Source: Vicugna vicugna
Lineage: Eukaryota
Length of the DNA: 64,000 bases
Direction: 5' to 3'
Assembly (NCBI GenBank): GCA_013265495.1
Contig: MU058139.1
Location: forward strand, 372,001-436,000
In this document: one piece after another, positions 27,768 through 40,744 of the stretch
Numbering within the stretch: position 1 is the first letter of the stretch
Layout of the letters: each line of letters starts with the position of its first letter
Made by a program: the position numbers and the translations under genes
Notes under the pieces: generated by a model
What the model was told of the DNA's origin: nothing
Database searches by the model: none
The model's input: only the letters and a program-made list of their open reading frames with translations

Positions 27768-28415
27768 TGTTGCCAGTGGATCCAACCGGTGTTCCAGGTT
27801 CTTGTCCCATCCCAGAAATAATTCAAAGACAAGATGTAGTGGTCAAAAAAGTAAAGTGAGAGTTTATTAAAGGATGGATAGTACACTCTTAAGGGGAAAG
27901 TGGGCAGGCTCAGGTGAGCGGCTGCCCTGTGTTTCTTTGGCAAATTGGTTGCATAGGATGTAAAAATGAATGAGCAGAATATTCATTGGGGAAGGAAGGG
28001 TTTGGGGTCATATTCCTTGATTATCATCCCAATTCCACCTTCCCAGAGGAAGAAGGGACTTTTGTCCGTATTTAGTCTGGATCGGAAGTATCATGGCGTC
28101 AGTGCACGATGGGTACTTCTAATCTGCAAGGACAATTTTATTGAAATGAGGGCATAATGAGCAAAAGGTTACATCCTGACACTGGAAATTCCTGCCTTTT
28201 CTCGCCTTTCTTTGTCGGTCTCCAGGCCACTCATCACCCCAAAAGGTGTGACCCCTTATCAGCCCAAAGGTTCCTGCTTTCCTTTCTCTGCCCAGGAACC
28301 CCTGGTGCTTACATGATGCATGGTTTCCTGCATTTGGCCTGTGCCCCTCCTTTCTGCCCAGTTCCTGCCATTTGGTCTGTGTCCCCCTTTCTCTGCTCAT
28401 CTGCCTGCTCTAACA
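27768..28415 (-). mobile_element. ERV1-type solo LTR, second family
   Basis: TGTTG...TAACA ends; 4-bp TSD ATTG/GTTG; minus-strand AATAAA at 27863-27868. Confidence 0.75.
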
Positions 28416-29998
28416 GTTGGACCACCATTCATCTTTTCCCATTGCCTTACTAAACATATTTCCTTGACGAGTAAAGCAACATTTAATAGATAAATAAATT
28501 TCTCAATTCATTAACACCCTTAGTAATTGTTTTTCCCTGATTTTGAATGTCAGTAAGCTTTCGTGATTTCCTTCAGTAAAGTCAGTCCACCCGAGAGAGA
28601 GTAAAAGCTGTGAGAACGCCAGTTCTTTCTTTACTTTGCAGGCCTGTTTCATGGGAGCAGAGTGATCAGCGTTGCTCTGGTTTCAGAATCATTTCTTCCT
28701 AGATGCCCATCTATGGATGCATCAGGGACTGGACCTTCAACAGTGTTCCGACTCCAGGAAACATCTGACTGTGCAAGTCATCTGTAGTTTTACCCGAGCT
28801 AGAAGCTATGACAGGGTAGCCTGACCTACTAAATAAAGCACATATACCAAAAAAACACTCTGCACATGTGATAGGCCTTGCATCCCAGGTCAGCTGCCAT
28901 TGTTTGCCGTTCCTGCCAAGGGCCAAGTCCTAAATCATAGTGCCCCCTAATGTCAAAAGCAATCCTTTCACTGCTAACAGAGTAAATAGAACAAGACAAG
29001 TAGATGGAAGGCCAGTGTCAGTGAAATTTAACTTTGGAACCCATCATGATCCATCTTGGTGTAGAATGCAAGCTTTATGAATACTGCTTGGGACCCCTGC
29101 TTCGTCTCTATTCTTATGAGGGCTGTTTTGAGCTTCATTCATCCTCCTGTGTTTCCTTCAAAATTGTCAATAAAGTTTTTCTTGCTTTGATGCTCTCACA
29201 TCATTTCGAAGGCATCAGCTTAGACTGTGGAGTGGAGGAAATGAAATCCTCTGTTCTGAGGAGTTTGGCCCATATTTTTTTTTTCATACTAGAGCATTGA
29301 GAGTATTATTTGTCCCTCTTTTGTATTTTTATTCTGAATTTCAGCATTTTCATTTCAAAGTAGATATTTTTCACCAATAAAGTGCCTCTTTTTCAGCTTT
29401 CCCTTATTTTTGGAAAAGAAAAAAAATTCATATACAGAGTGTAGTTCAATCTAAAGTGGGTTGCACTGTTAAAATGTCTCTCAGCCTTTCTCTACCAAAC
29501 TATTTAAATAAAAGATAGATCGAGCACCAATTCTCTTGGGGTGTGGGTAAATGCTTCTCATATTCAGTTTTCAATCCGATAGTGTTCATAAAAGCAGAAG
29601 ATAAAATAAAACGTGTTCATGGTTTCCAGTGGTTTTGTTATGCAAAAGACTTTGGTGTAAAACTGGATTTTTCAAGGATAGAAAAAGCTTCAATATATCA
29701 CGTCAGGGGTTCTAAAAATGCATGTAGAACCATAGCTGGGTGCCCACTTTTCTAGGCAACGGGATGTGAGGGAGTAGAGACTGATGGGTTGGTGATTGAA
29801 GATGAGCTAAGTGACGAAGACGCTGAGGCAAGTGTCAGCCTTACTTGCACAAGCTCACCTAAGCCCAGTGAACCATCCGATCACATGCACTAAAGGGTGA
29901 CAGAGGAAAGAAACTATATGATCTTTACAACCCTCCACATAAAATTGGAGAGCCTTTTTCTTTGATTTGCAGAGTGATGTGTCTTTGTTTTAACCCAG

Positions 29999-30207
29999 GG
30001 CCTCAGCAAGGATGTGGTGGTTATCTCACAGGCTCAAATTATACCTTGGCCTCTCCTGATTCTGATTTGAACGGAAGATATGACAAGAATTTAAACTGTG
30101 TCTGGTTCATCATCGCACCTGTAAACAAGCTAATCAAACTCACCTTCAACACGTTTGCTCTGGAGGCCGCCACTACTTTGCAGAGATGCATTTATGATTA
30201 TGTAAAG
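29999..30207 (+). CDS. CUBN: Cubilin exon, first half of CUB24
   Basis: aacccag|GG...AAG|gtaagg; 209 nt, phase 1-0; PQQGCGGYLTGSNYTLASPDSD...RCIYDYVK. Confidence 0.97.
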
Positions 30208-31323
30208 GTAAGGCTACTACGTTTCCTAACAGCATCTTCTAATCCGGACCTTTACATGGTGTCCTCCAGGTCATCCCACATAGGAATCCCTGAGAGTTGT
30301 GAGGACCGCTCACTTTTAAAACGAACTGTTCTTCAGTGATGCCACACATAGTGTTACAGATTCTCTGTCTTCACATCAAACTGATCTCTAATATGAATGA
30401 CTCAAAATTTTTTGTGTGGCTTTTGACATTATCTTTAAGATTTGCTGTTCCTCCAAGCCTTGTCAAAAGCCGATCTGTGGGTAGATGGGTTGCATGGAAC
30501 GAGATACTCAAAGGATCTTCGGCAAAGTCTAAAATAAATGACAATGTCTATACGCAAATAGTTACCCCTTACTTCATCTATATTTTGAAGTTTGTATATT
30601 TACTTCTTACTTTTAGATGTGAAAAATATCTTAGTTCTGAAGTCCTCCTAGAAATCAATCTCAAAACTTTTCTATTCGATTTTTAAACGGCTCTTTCATA
30701 TTGAATCATTGTATCTATCAGGCTATATGAATTTATATTAAAATACTGCATAGCATCTATCAATATATACTACTAGACTCCTGGGGGAAACAAGAAATAT
30801 ATATTTCTGCTCACAAGGAGCTTGAATTTGATTCCCAAATTAAGGGATGGCATGTGCAGATTAACACTAGGCAGTTCAGGATAGTCGCTATCTAAGTGCT
30901 AAGTGATGCACTGGATCCAGGCTTGAGGCCATGTGCAAGTTGAAAAGGGAGAATGGTACGTGATGATCCTCCGTGAGCAAGAAAGACTTCGTAGAGTGAG
31001 GAGACACTTACTCAAGCCAGGAGGGAGGGCGTTGTAGGCAAGGCGAACACAGAGAAAAAGGCACAGGAGTTAGGATGCACCTGTTCTTGAAAAGGTGAAG
31101 AAGCTGCTTTATCAGAATAGAATATTGGTCAGGAGAAGCAAGAAACAAGATTGCCTTCATGGAGAAACACCCAGATTACAAAGGGTGTTGAAAGTCGAAC
31201 TAATGGATTTAGATTTTAGGCAGCTGGAAATAAGGAGTGATTGCATGTTTTCCAACAAGTGACATGAAGAGAGCGGTGTTTAAGGCGGAAGACTCTGGAG
31301 TCAGCACTTTGGGTGGAGGGTCA

Positions 31324-31381
31324 GTGGGAGAGTCTGGAGTTAGGACCCCAGGTGGGAGAGTCTGGAGTTAGGACCCCAGGT
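31324..31381. repeat. Perfect 28-bp tandem duplication
   Basis: GTGGGAGAGTCTGGAGTTAGGACCCCAG occurs twice in tandem. Confidence 0.95.
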
Positions 31382-33364
31382 AGAAGTGACTGTTAGGTAA
31401 GGGGGGTGCAAAGATGCTGGAGGTGACAGGCTTGGTGTAAGAGAAACTTTTGAGTTCAGAAATGCTCTTAAATTTTAAAGAAATGGGTTTTTAAAGAAAG
31501 GGAAGGAAAAGTCTTAGACAAACTATACATTTGAGCACTTTATTATAGACTGTCTGATATTTTCACTGTGAAAAGCACCAGGCTGGGAAGATCAAAAGAA
31601 TGTCAGTACTGTTAGGAGGCGGCCGTGGTTAAGGTACTGGTTTAGTTTGGTGACAGACGGCAGACAAGTGAAATTTCCCCGGGAGCACAGAATGGCCCGG
31701 AGCTCCAGCACAAAGCACAGTTCTTAAATCAGGAGAAGTGTGCTTTCTTTGAAAGAGATGGCGTGGAGCTCGAAAGCCAGGCTCCCACTCAACTCCAGGA
31801 AAGGGACAGTGGGAGGCAGCTGGAGATTTCGAAAGAAGCAGGATGAGAAGCAGATGGGTAATGGGGGAGGGGGGGGAACCTTATAAGCCAGGAACAGTGT
31901 AGCTATCACTGCAGTCAAGGGAGAAAATTCTTTTACCAAGGATGGATGGTCGATACTATTAAATTGTAAATTAGAGGCCAAGAAAGGTTAAGATAAAGAA
32001 AAAACTCATTAGATTGGATGACAACCATTTAAATAAAGTTTGGGCACAGAAGCCAGATCAAGGGGGAGTTCATGAAAGACTACAGATAACAAGAGATGTC
32101 AATTCGGGTTGAAGTCTTCTGTTCTGAAATGAGACCAAAATGGCCAGGGCAGCAGGAAGCTGATGTTCAGGGCCATTTGAGTGCCACCCTGATTTTACAG
32201 AAAGATCATACGCTTTCGAGACGGGTAATGTGGACTCAAACCCAGCTTTGCCACCCGACAATTTCCCTATCTCCCTGACTCCCCATCACTTCATCTGTTG
32301 AAAAACAAAATTCACATAATCATGCTTACCTTGCAAGGTTGTTTGGAGGATAATGTATGCTAGAGTGTTTGGCATCAGACATATAACTTACAAACAAATT
32401 TACTTCTTTTCCCCCTCTTTGTGTAATTCCAGATGGGCGTGAAGGCTGTGGAAACTCCTTTTCTTAAAACATTAAAAAGAACTGACTTATAGATACATTA
32501 TTATAAACGTAAATTCCTGTGGGATGTTTAGGGTGTGGCCCTGCCAGGAGGAGGCTGGTTAAATTTATTCTCAAGATCCATTCCTATGAATGTGATTTGA
32601 CAATGTCATTAAAACAACTAGTAATTTTCTAAATTTCCTCAAGTCATTGAGGGCAGAAATAGCAATCAAAAACAAGGACATATTCTCTAGCTACAATATA
32701 AAGTGTCCTTTTGAGAAAAAGAAATTCTGTTGAGATCTACTTTTGTTTTCCTTCATGGGAAAGCAATTTCCCTCAACTGGGAACGTTTTCAGCTTGTACT
32801 AAACTGGCAGATCGCAGAACAGTTCTTGGAATGTGAGGCCTGCAGGTATCTTTATTAAAGAGATTCTCTGTGATAAATGGGGCATTTGATTCATTTTAGA
32901 TTGCTTCCTAGATGTTATCATCAAATCACTTTTAGAAAAGATAATTTAATTCTGTAGGTAGACATACCAGTGAAAATGTGCCAATTCCATTATTCACTTG
33001 TAATTATATCACTGTTGTTTCTGAAGGGGCTAACCTAGAAAGTTATTAAGGGGACCACATAAATAGGGAGGTGTGTATTTCACTGAGGGGGGGGGTTGCT
33101 GTTGAAACTGACATCACATTGTGCTGTAAAGAGTCACGGGACTCAATTCTGTGCTGGGCATGGTGCCTGGTACTGAAGATGTGGAGAATCAAAGATAAGG
33201 GTTTCTCCCAGAGCTGGAAAGGGGATGACACTGATATGTGAGCATATAAATTACTACACAACGTGGCAAAACCAATAAATATGAACAACATAGGAAGTAG
33301 AGCAGAAGAGGGTGTGAGTGACGTCACTCTGGGGTTCAGAAAGGCTCACTAGACGAGGTGGCTG

Positions 33365-33889
33365 TGTTGCCGAGACCAAACCCGTTCTGCTCGCTGCACG
33401 ACAGGCCAATAAATTGGGAGACGAGGCGTTGGGACAAGGACTAGTGACTTTATTCGGAAAGCTGGCAGACCGAGAGGATGGCAGACTAACGTCTTGGAGA
33501 ACCATCCTACTCTAGTCAGAATACAGGCTCCTTTTACACAAAAAACAAGGGAGGGGGTGTGGTTGGTTGTTGCAAACTTCTTGCTGCAGGCATTCTTTGT
33601 TCTCGCAGCCATCCACGTGAGCCAGGTCATGGTGTCCTTGTAAACCTCCAACAAAACAAAGCTTATTCTCTGGTTTGCAACTTGCCATCTCCACAGAAGT
33701 GCAGAAGTGCTAACATTGTTAAAGGTCAGAGCCCCAGAGAATAGGCGCTTCTGTATATTTCAGGCTAAAGGCAACATTATTTCACAGAAGGTGCAGAGCC
33801 AGCAAGACTAAGCCTAGAAAGCAGGGCACCGTGGTCAGGATTAAAGGAACAGATCCAATGTGGGGTCAGATTCATTCTCCTCTATTACA
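33365..33889 (-). mobile_element. ERV1-type solo LTR, family A, copy 3
   Basis: TG...CA ends; perfect TSD GCTG; minus-strand AATAAA (33449-33454); TATA changed to TGTAAAA. Confidence 0.9.
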
Positions 33890-35223
33890 GCTGAGCTGGA
33901 TTTTGGGAGGCTGGCTACCACAGAGAAGTGGGTAAGGAGGAGCTGCAGGCTGCCTGGTGTATGCCCAGCTTCTTAACACCAGTTTACCCCTCAGTTAGCT
34001 CATTCCTCTGCGGAGAGCAGTAAACAGAGAGGGCTCAGGACTGTGACCATAAGTGATATTCCTCTGCCGGGAAACATGGAACTGGAAGACGGGTGATGGC
34101 TCCTTCCTAAACTTCCCATCCAATCAAATTTCTCTACCCAATCAGGGCCCCTTGGCATAGCCACTGTTTTCTGATGATTCTTTGACCATCCGAAATGAAA
34201 GTCATCAATGCTATAGGTTAACCATATACATAATACCAATTTATTATTATGCTAAATGCAGTGAGAAGGAGAAAGAAGAAAGTATATAAAATAGTGTGTA
34301 TTTCAATATGCAAATGCTCTGACACAGCTATGCTAAGTCGTTCGGGGAATAGCCAGATTTTTCTTTTACGTGGAATCACGGAGAAGGTAACTTAAAATGA
34401 AAACGGTAGGTTCTGTCTGCAACTTAAATGCCACTAGCAGCACCCAGCCATAATACAAATTTCCAAAGTGGTGGAATAACTCAAAAAGTTCTGAACAAAA
34501 CAAACCAGAGCCCTCCCTCAACTCACACAATAATTGCATTCTCAGAAACTGGGTGCATATTAACACGGGGCAAAAATACTTTTGTGTTTCTATCCAGCAT
34601 GGGCTTGGGTTCTGAGATCCAACAATTATGAACAGTTTTATCACACAGAAGTCAGGCAGGACATTCCAGCGTTAGGTGGGACATAGGATAAACCCTCACT
34701 TTGCAGAATTCTGATGGGATTCTGCGCTGTGGCTTCTAAACACAAAATGCCAGGTATAGCCTCAAGTCACCGTTACGATTTGAGGTCTACCCTGACTCTC
34801 ACCTGCATTGCCAGTGGATTGAATTCTCTCGTAGAATTTACTTTTCCTCTATTTTATGTATAATTCACACACACATTTAATTTTTGGTTCTCTCCATCCC
34901 ATTAATTTGTTCATGTCAAACCAGTGTCCTGAAGGCATGGAAAGTGCCTTATACATCCTTGTAAACCCAGGACCTAGCACAGAGGTTTGGCACACAGTGC
35001 AGAGAAGAAAAACGCTTGCTGATGTGAATGTAAAATCATAGAGGCAGCAGTGATTGTCATAAAATTTTAACTTGTTTACCAGAAAAAGTACATTACCTAA
35101 AACTTAGCACGTCTATTCTTTTATAAAATGAGGTAATGGATTAGATCGCTCAGCTTTCCAGTTTCTTTTGGCTTTAACATTTTACTAAAATTGTACTTAA
35201 AGTGTGTTTAAGCAGGAGAGACA

Positions 35224-35237
35224 GTGCCATCTAGTGG
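35224..35237 (-). promoter_or_regulatory. CTCF core motif
   Basis: Minus strand CCACTAGATGGCAC fits the consensus CCASYAGRKGGCR. Confidence 0.6.
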
Positions 35238-35479
35238 TACGTTTATTTTATGTTGATTTTGCCATGACTGGTTTAACCATTTGTATTTCGTATAGTCCCA
35301 GCATTTTAAAATAGTGTCAGCAGTCACAGCTGTGCTGAGGTTTATAACACACCATAGTTCTGTTATAAATTCAGTATTTGGATTCACACGCAGATACTTG
35401 TTTTAGCAATGCAGTAGAGATTACTGAGATGGAAAACTTTGCTTTCTAGTGATGTGTTTGAGAGAAATCCAATCTATTT

Positions 35480-36950
35480 CAACTGGCATTTGTTGAAAGC
35501 TCCCAGGTCTGTGTCTGGGAATTGTTCTGGGTGCTGGCAACACTTCAGTGGTTAATCAAAGTCTCCCCACCCGTGGGGCTTATGTACTTGACGGGTGAGA
35601 GACCAGAAGTAAATACTCAATAAATAAGATTTCATTCTGATTACATTAAGGAAAAAGAACAGGAAGATATTGGGGGAGGGCACACTGGGTAGGGTTGAGC
35701 TCCCAGAGGAGGTGACACCTGAGCTGAGACCCCCGCCGACAAGGAGGAGTCTGCTGTCCAAGGGCTGAGGAGAGAGAGCTCCTGGCAGAAGGAGCAGTGA
35801 GGAGGGAGGTGGAGGAGTTCCAGGAAGCAGAGGAGTGGAAGGGGTTGGACAGCAGCACAGGCAGACCAGGTAGGGGCTTGCAGACCCCCATGAAGAGTGT
35901 GCGTTGATTTTACTTCAGGTACAATGGGAATGCCCAGGGACGTTGTAGGCCAAGCAGGAACGTAATCTGATTTAAGTTTGCAGACACTCAAGGAGCTTGG
36001 TGGAGAAGGCTCAGGGGAAACAGAGCTATTAGGAAATGTTACAACAATTGAGGTGAAGGACCATGAAGGCTGCTGTGGAGATGGAGCCCCGGGCACAGAT
36101 GTTGAAGGTGGAGAGGAACAGATGTGGGGTAGGGAGAGACAGAGGAGTTAAAGACAGCTGATGTTCGGGGCTTGAGCCAGTTATTGACACAAAGATGAGC
36201 CAGGGAGAACAGGTTTGGGGGGTGGGTAGTGGGAGAAAGGAAACAAGGCACTTATTTCTTCATTCGATATTCATGGAGTGCCTTTCATGCAGCAGACACT
36301 CTTCTGAAAATTGGGGACATAGTCAACAGAACAGGCAGCAACCTGTGCTTTCATGGAACTTGCATTCTCTTCGGGGGGAGGGGGACCAGAAAATAAATTA
36401 CAGACATAGATACAGGATGAAGAAGGCAATACATGCTCTGGGGGGAAAGTGAAGCAGGAAAGGAGAAAGGGAATGTTGGGAGAGTCTGCATGTTAAACAG
36501 GGAGGTCAGGGAAGGCTTTCCTGAGTCAGTGATATTTGAGTAAAGACCTAAAGGCATGGAGGGGAGTAAACAGGAGAACGGTCCAGGCAAAGGGAACAGC
36601 AGGTGCAATGGCCAGGGAGCAGAGCAAAGAAAGTGGAGACAATGAGAGATCAGATGGGAAAGTTCAGGAGTGGGAGCAGGTTCGATTCAGCCATGGAGGC
36701 CGTTGTAATGGCTTTGGCTTTTATATTGAGAGGATGGGAAGCAGTAAGGTTCTTAGCGGAGCAGTGACCTGGTCTGACTTACAGTTTAACTGTAGTCTCC
36801 AGCTGGCATGTTGAGGACAGACTCAGGAGGGATGAGAGCAGGATCAGGGGACTCTGTGTGGAGGCTGTGGTGAGAATCAGCCAAGATACCACAGCGGCTT
36901 GGACAAGGGTGGTAGGGAGAGCGGCGGTGAAGAGAGCGGTGGCATTGCTG
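35480..36950 (-). mobile_element. L2 fragments (at least two 3' ends)
   Basis: L2 3'-end motifs in reverse orientation at about 35490 and 36260; purine-rich ggaaggcttt/tgacctggtctgactta segments. Confidence 0.6.
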
Positions 36951-37207
36951 GCTCTAATGACACATTAGTTTTTAAATTACCTTCCCAGTGAAGAAAAAAA
37001 ATGTTTTAGGCATCATACCAGGTTTTTACTGAAAATCATTATCGTATAGTTGATTCAATACCAGTTCTGTTCCTAAATGAAAACTGGCTCTAAGAACATC
37101 AATGTAAGATTCTTAATCATGCACTGTTGTAACTTCATATCCATTTTAGTATAAAATACTACTTCTTTGTGAATAATGGATAACCAATGGCCTGTTCTTC
37201 TTTTCAG

Positions 37208-37370
37208 TTATATGATGGGGACAGTGAAAGTGCCAACTTGGCTGGAACGTTTTGTGGTTCTACCGTGCCTGCTCCCTTTATCTCTTCTGGAAACTTCCTT
37301 ATGGTTCAGTTTGTCAGTGACTTGACTTTAGAACGGGAAGGATTTAACGCTACCTATACCTTCGTGAACA
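37208..37370 (+). CDS. CUBN: Cubilin exon, second half of CUB24
   Basis: ttttcag|TTA...AACA|gtgagt; 163 nt, phase 0-1; [38 protein letters not shown]. Confidence 0.97.
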
Positions 37371-37715
37371 GTGAGTAAACTGAGACGTTTTTACATATTA
37401 TGAAGCACACATGTATTTATGCACTAAAAATAATGCCGTGCTTATATCTAAATGTTAATTACTAAACTCAATGTTAATTACATCTAAACTCAATGTCAAT
37501 TACTAAGCACCTTGTTAATTACTCTGTGTTTAATCCATGGTAGAAATTTGGTACAATTCTTAGTCAAGAATATGCACCATAAATCCTTCATAGAATGATA
37601 TAAATAGAGCTCTTTTGGGCTGGAAGAGTAAGGAAGGCAGAATTTTAAATATTGTATGTGTGATGAGTCGCAAGTAAAATGTCTTATAAGTTGTTCTTTT
37701 TTCCCCCCATCTCAG

Positions 37716-37921
37716 TGCCTTGTGGTGGAACATATAATGCAACTTGGACCCCCCAAAGTATTTCATCACCCAATTCAACAGACCCAGATGTCCCATTTTC
37801 CACCTGTACTTGGGTCATTGAAGCCCCTCCACATCGGCAGGTCGAGATAACTGTGTGGGCATTCCAGCTGCACTCCCAAGACTGTGACCAGAATTACTTA
37901 GAGTTTCAGGACCCACCAGAG
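37716..37921 (+). CDS. CUBN: Cubilin exon, first half of CUB25
   Basis: atctcag|TG...GAG|gtaatg; 206 nt, phase 1-0; [36 protein letters not shown]. Confidence 0.97.
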
Positions 37922-40596
37922 GTAATGATATAGGATGAATGATAGTCACATCTATGACCTTTTCACCAGTATTTGCAAAACCCTTGAAGTAATGAGGGCA
38001 TGATTAAATAAGATCTCAAAGGTACTTCCAGCCTAATGTGTTTTTCAGCCATATACTAAACCCTCTATTGGTAGGCGCTAAGAACCCTGAACTTGGTCTG
38101 TAGGTCATGTGCATAAGAAGCATCTGATGTCTTGATAAAAGTACATACCCCTGGGCACACCCTCAGAGACCAACTTCTCTACATAGAAATCCTTTACCTG
38201 AATTTTTGATGACGACCTCTGGTGTTTTGACACCAGAGCTCCATGTACCATGCCTGGAGAAATACTTCCCTAGTTAGTGGGGATCTGTGTGTAAGATGAA
38301 TTGAAGGGACCAGTTAAGAAGCCATTTGGTACCAGTCTAATGGGGCTATATTTATGGTCATATAAGAGAGAAAAGCTGTTTTGGTTTTTTTTTTTTTTTT
38401 TTGGTTGGTGTTGTGTTTTTAAAGTGATAGGTCTGAATTGCCCATGGGAGAAGATGTTGAGGAGACAGTTGACTATAAAAGTGTGACGTTGACAGAACGC
38501 CTGAAGATTTGGCCGCCATCGTCATATGAGTAGGTAGCTGAAATAGTGAGAGGGAAGAGATTACTCAGAGAACACGTGCAGAGTGAGGGCTTATGACCTG
38601 AGGATGATACCTCGTTGGGGGCAGCTGGGAATACCTTGACTACCTCTCTGCAATTTGAGGGGCAACTAATATACTCCGGTTCACTCCAAGAATGTCATAT
38701 TCAAATGTACTGGCAATAAGAGAGACTCCAGCCCATCGCTGTCCATGTTCTCAAGGGTTGTCCTCATTACAAACCAGGGTCCTCTGGTTTATACCTGCCT
38801 CTTGGTGGGGGCAGGGGGAAATCCAGTGTGGCCAGATTGGAGACCTCTCCAGCGTGAAGAGGTCTGAGGAGTCCTGACTGCTGAGTAGACACGGGATTTG
38901 CTGAGTTTTGTGCAAAGCATAGGCAGTGAGATACATCCTAGACTCCAGGAGGGTCAAGGGGCTAGGTTGTCATCATTCCACTGGTAGTAGGTAGATTTCA
39001 GGATAAGATTCCTACTCCCCAGGGGTACCCTTCCCCCCAGGGAGGACTTAGGGCCACACAGAACAGGCTTTGGATAGAAACTCCCTGGATTTCCCATGGC
39101 TTCATGAAGCTGAGACAATGGGGACCAGGCCAGACTGCCCTCAGGTGCTGAAATGCTCCTTACAGGGCACAGAGCAGCTCTGGATCATAAAAGCAATGAG
39201 TTGGCCTCCAATCAGACCCAATATTTGTCATGAATACATTATGACCTTCCACTCAATTAATAAAGGAAAGGACAAAGGGCTTCAGCCTGGTAGGAAGGGA
39301 GGAAAGATAAGAAATTGATGACTGGGAGAAAGTGGAACTTTCCAGGTGTCCAGGAGTAGAAAGAGATCTCGTTGGAGGATCTTGAGAGAGTAGTGGGATG
39401 GAGGCATTACAGATGCTGAAAAGATCTGTCCAGAGAGCTGGTGTCGGGAGAGGCCACTGCAGAGAGTAGAGCTGAAAGCCACTGGTGATAAGGAATGCAA
39501 ACTTGAGATGCTTCATGGATTGTCTATAACAACACTGAAGTCTTCAAGGGTCAAGGCAGGAACTGGGGTACAGAAAATGACTGTGAGCTGAGACGCCACA
39601 AGTCTTTAACGAACGAAGGGAAGTGAGAATGATGAGGAGGGCCAGAGGGCATCTTGGGCCAGACGTAGAGGCCCTCAAGGAGAACTAGCTTTGATGCAGC
39701 AATGAACACTGCACCGAAGACCCTGGGGTACCCCTTCCCCTCCTGCCACCACCATCCAGACACCGTGGATTGAGGGGTGTGGGAAGAGAAAAGTCTCCAC
39801 TGAGAGACTTCTGGAGACTCCGCTTTCCCTCAAGGCCGCAGTGGAGAGGGGCTAAGGAGGTTTATGGGGGTGGAAGTAACAAGGCGGTGAAAGTTCAGAG
39901 GACATAGCAGACGAAGCTTGGAAAGGACCAGCAGTGGTGGAAAGAAGCACAGATCAACAGCAGGAGTGTGCAAGCGGGAGCAGGGAGTGGGCCTTTGGGT
40001 GGGTGCCCACGAACTACACGCATCAGAGGTGGGCCTGGGGGGGAGCGAGAGGCACAAACGTCTGAGCTTCGGTACCAGTTGCTTTGATGCAGGAACTGCG
40101 TGGCATTAGACTGCGTTTCTCTAATCCCTTGAGACGAGAGGAGGGCTGTCCTGGCTTTACAAAGGGGAACCAGGGACCTCGTTGCAGGCCCTGGCTGCCT
40201 CTTGGGAGTCACAGCAGAGCCAGAGCCCTGGCTGGGTTTGCTGAGCGTGGCCCAGAGCAGGGCTGGTTAGTCTCACTGAGTTCAGGACGAGCGCAGGGCC
40301 GCGGTGAGCTCGGACGGCCTGCATGTGCTCTGAGCCGTGGCACAGGCCTTGGACAGGAAGCGACCGGAGGGGGACAGGCGTCTGTCCTGTGGTTGCACCT
40401 CCCACCACTCGGAGAATGTGAAACGTGTCAATTCCACGACGCACGGGATGTCGGGTTGCAGACTGCTTCAAACTCTCTAACTGGTTTCCCTGGCTGGTTG
40501 TTGAAGCCGCATTTTGATGTGCAGTTGACTTTCTGCTCTGGGCCTCTGCTCTTTTTAAACTCAGCCTCCTAGCTTTTGGCTCCCATTTCATTTCAG

Positions 40597-40744
40597 AGTC
40601 ATGGAAATCCGGGAACTCGCTTCTGTGGCCGAAATGCTACAGCAGGACCCACATTTTATTCCTCTGCCAGCACGACAATTGTCATTTTCAAATCGGAAGT
40701 TTTTAACGGAGACTCCAGAGTGGGTTTTACCTATCGGATTGCAG
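40597..40744 (+). CDS. CUBN: Cubilin exon, second half of CUB25
   Basis: atttcag|AGT...GCAG|gtgagc; 148 nt, phase 0-1; SHGNPGTRFCGRNATAGPTFYSSASTTIVIFKS...GFTYRIA. Confidence 0.95.

Noticed and set aside
37446..37522. CRISPR-like repeat-spacer appearance of short periodic repeats
   Set aside because: Mammalian intron; units are about 10 bp with related spacers and there are no cas genes.
39830..40591. GC- and CpG-richer intronic stretch with 100-160 aa ORFs on both strands
   Set aside because: No recognisable protein similarity or exon structure; CpG density is well below the RSU1 island; a regulatory role cannot be supported from sequence alone.
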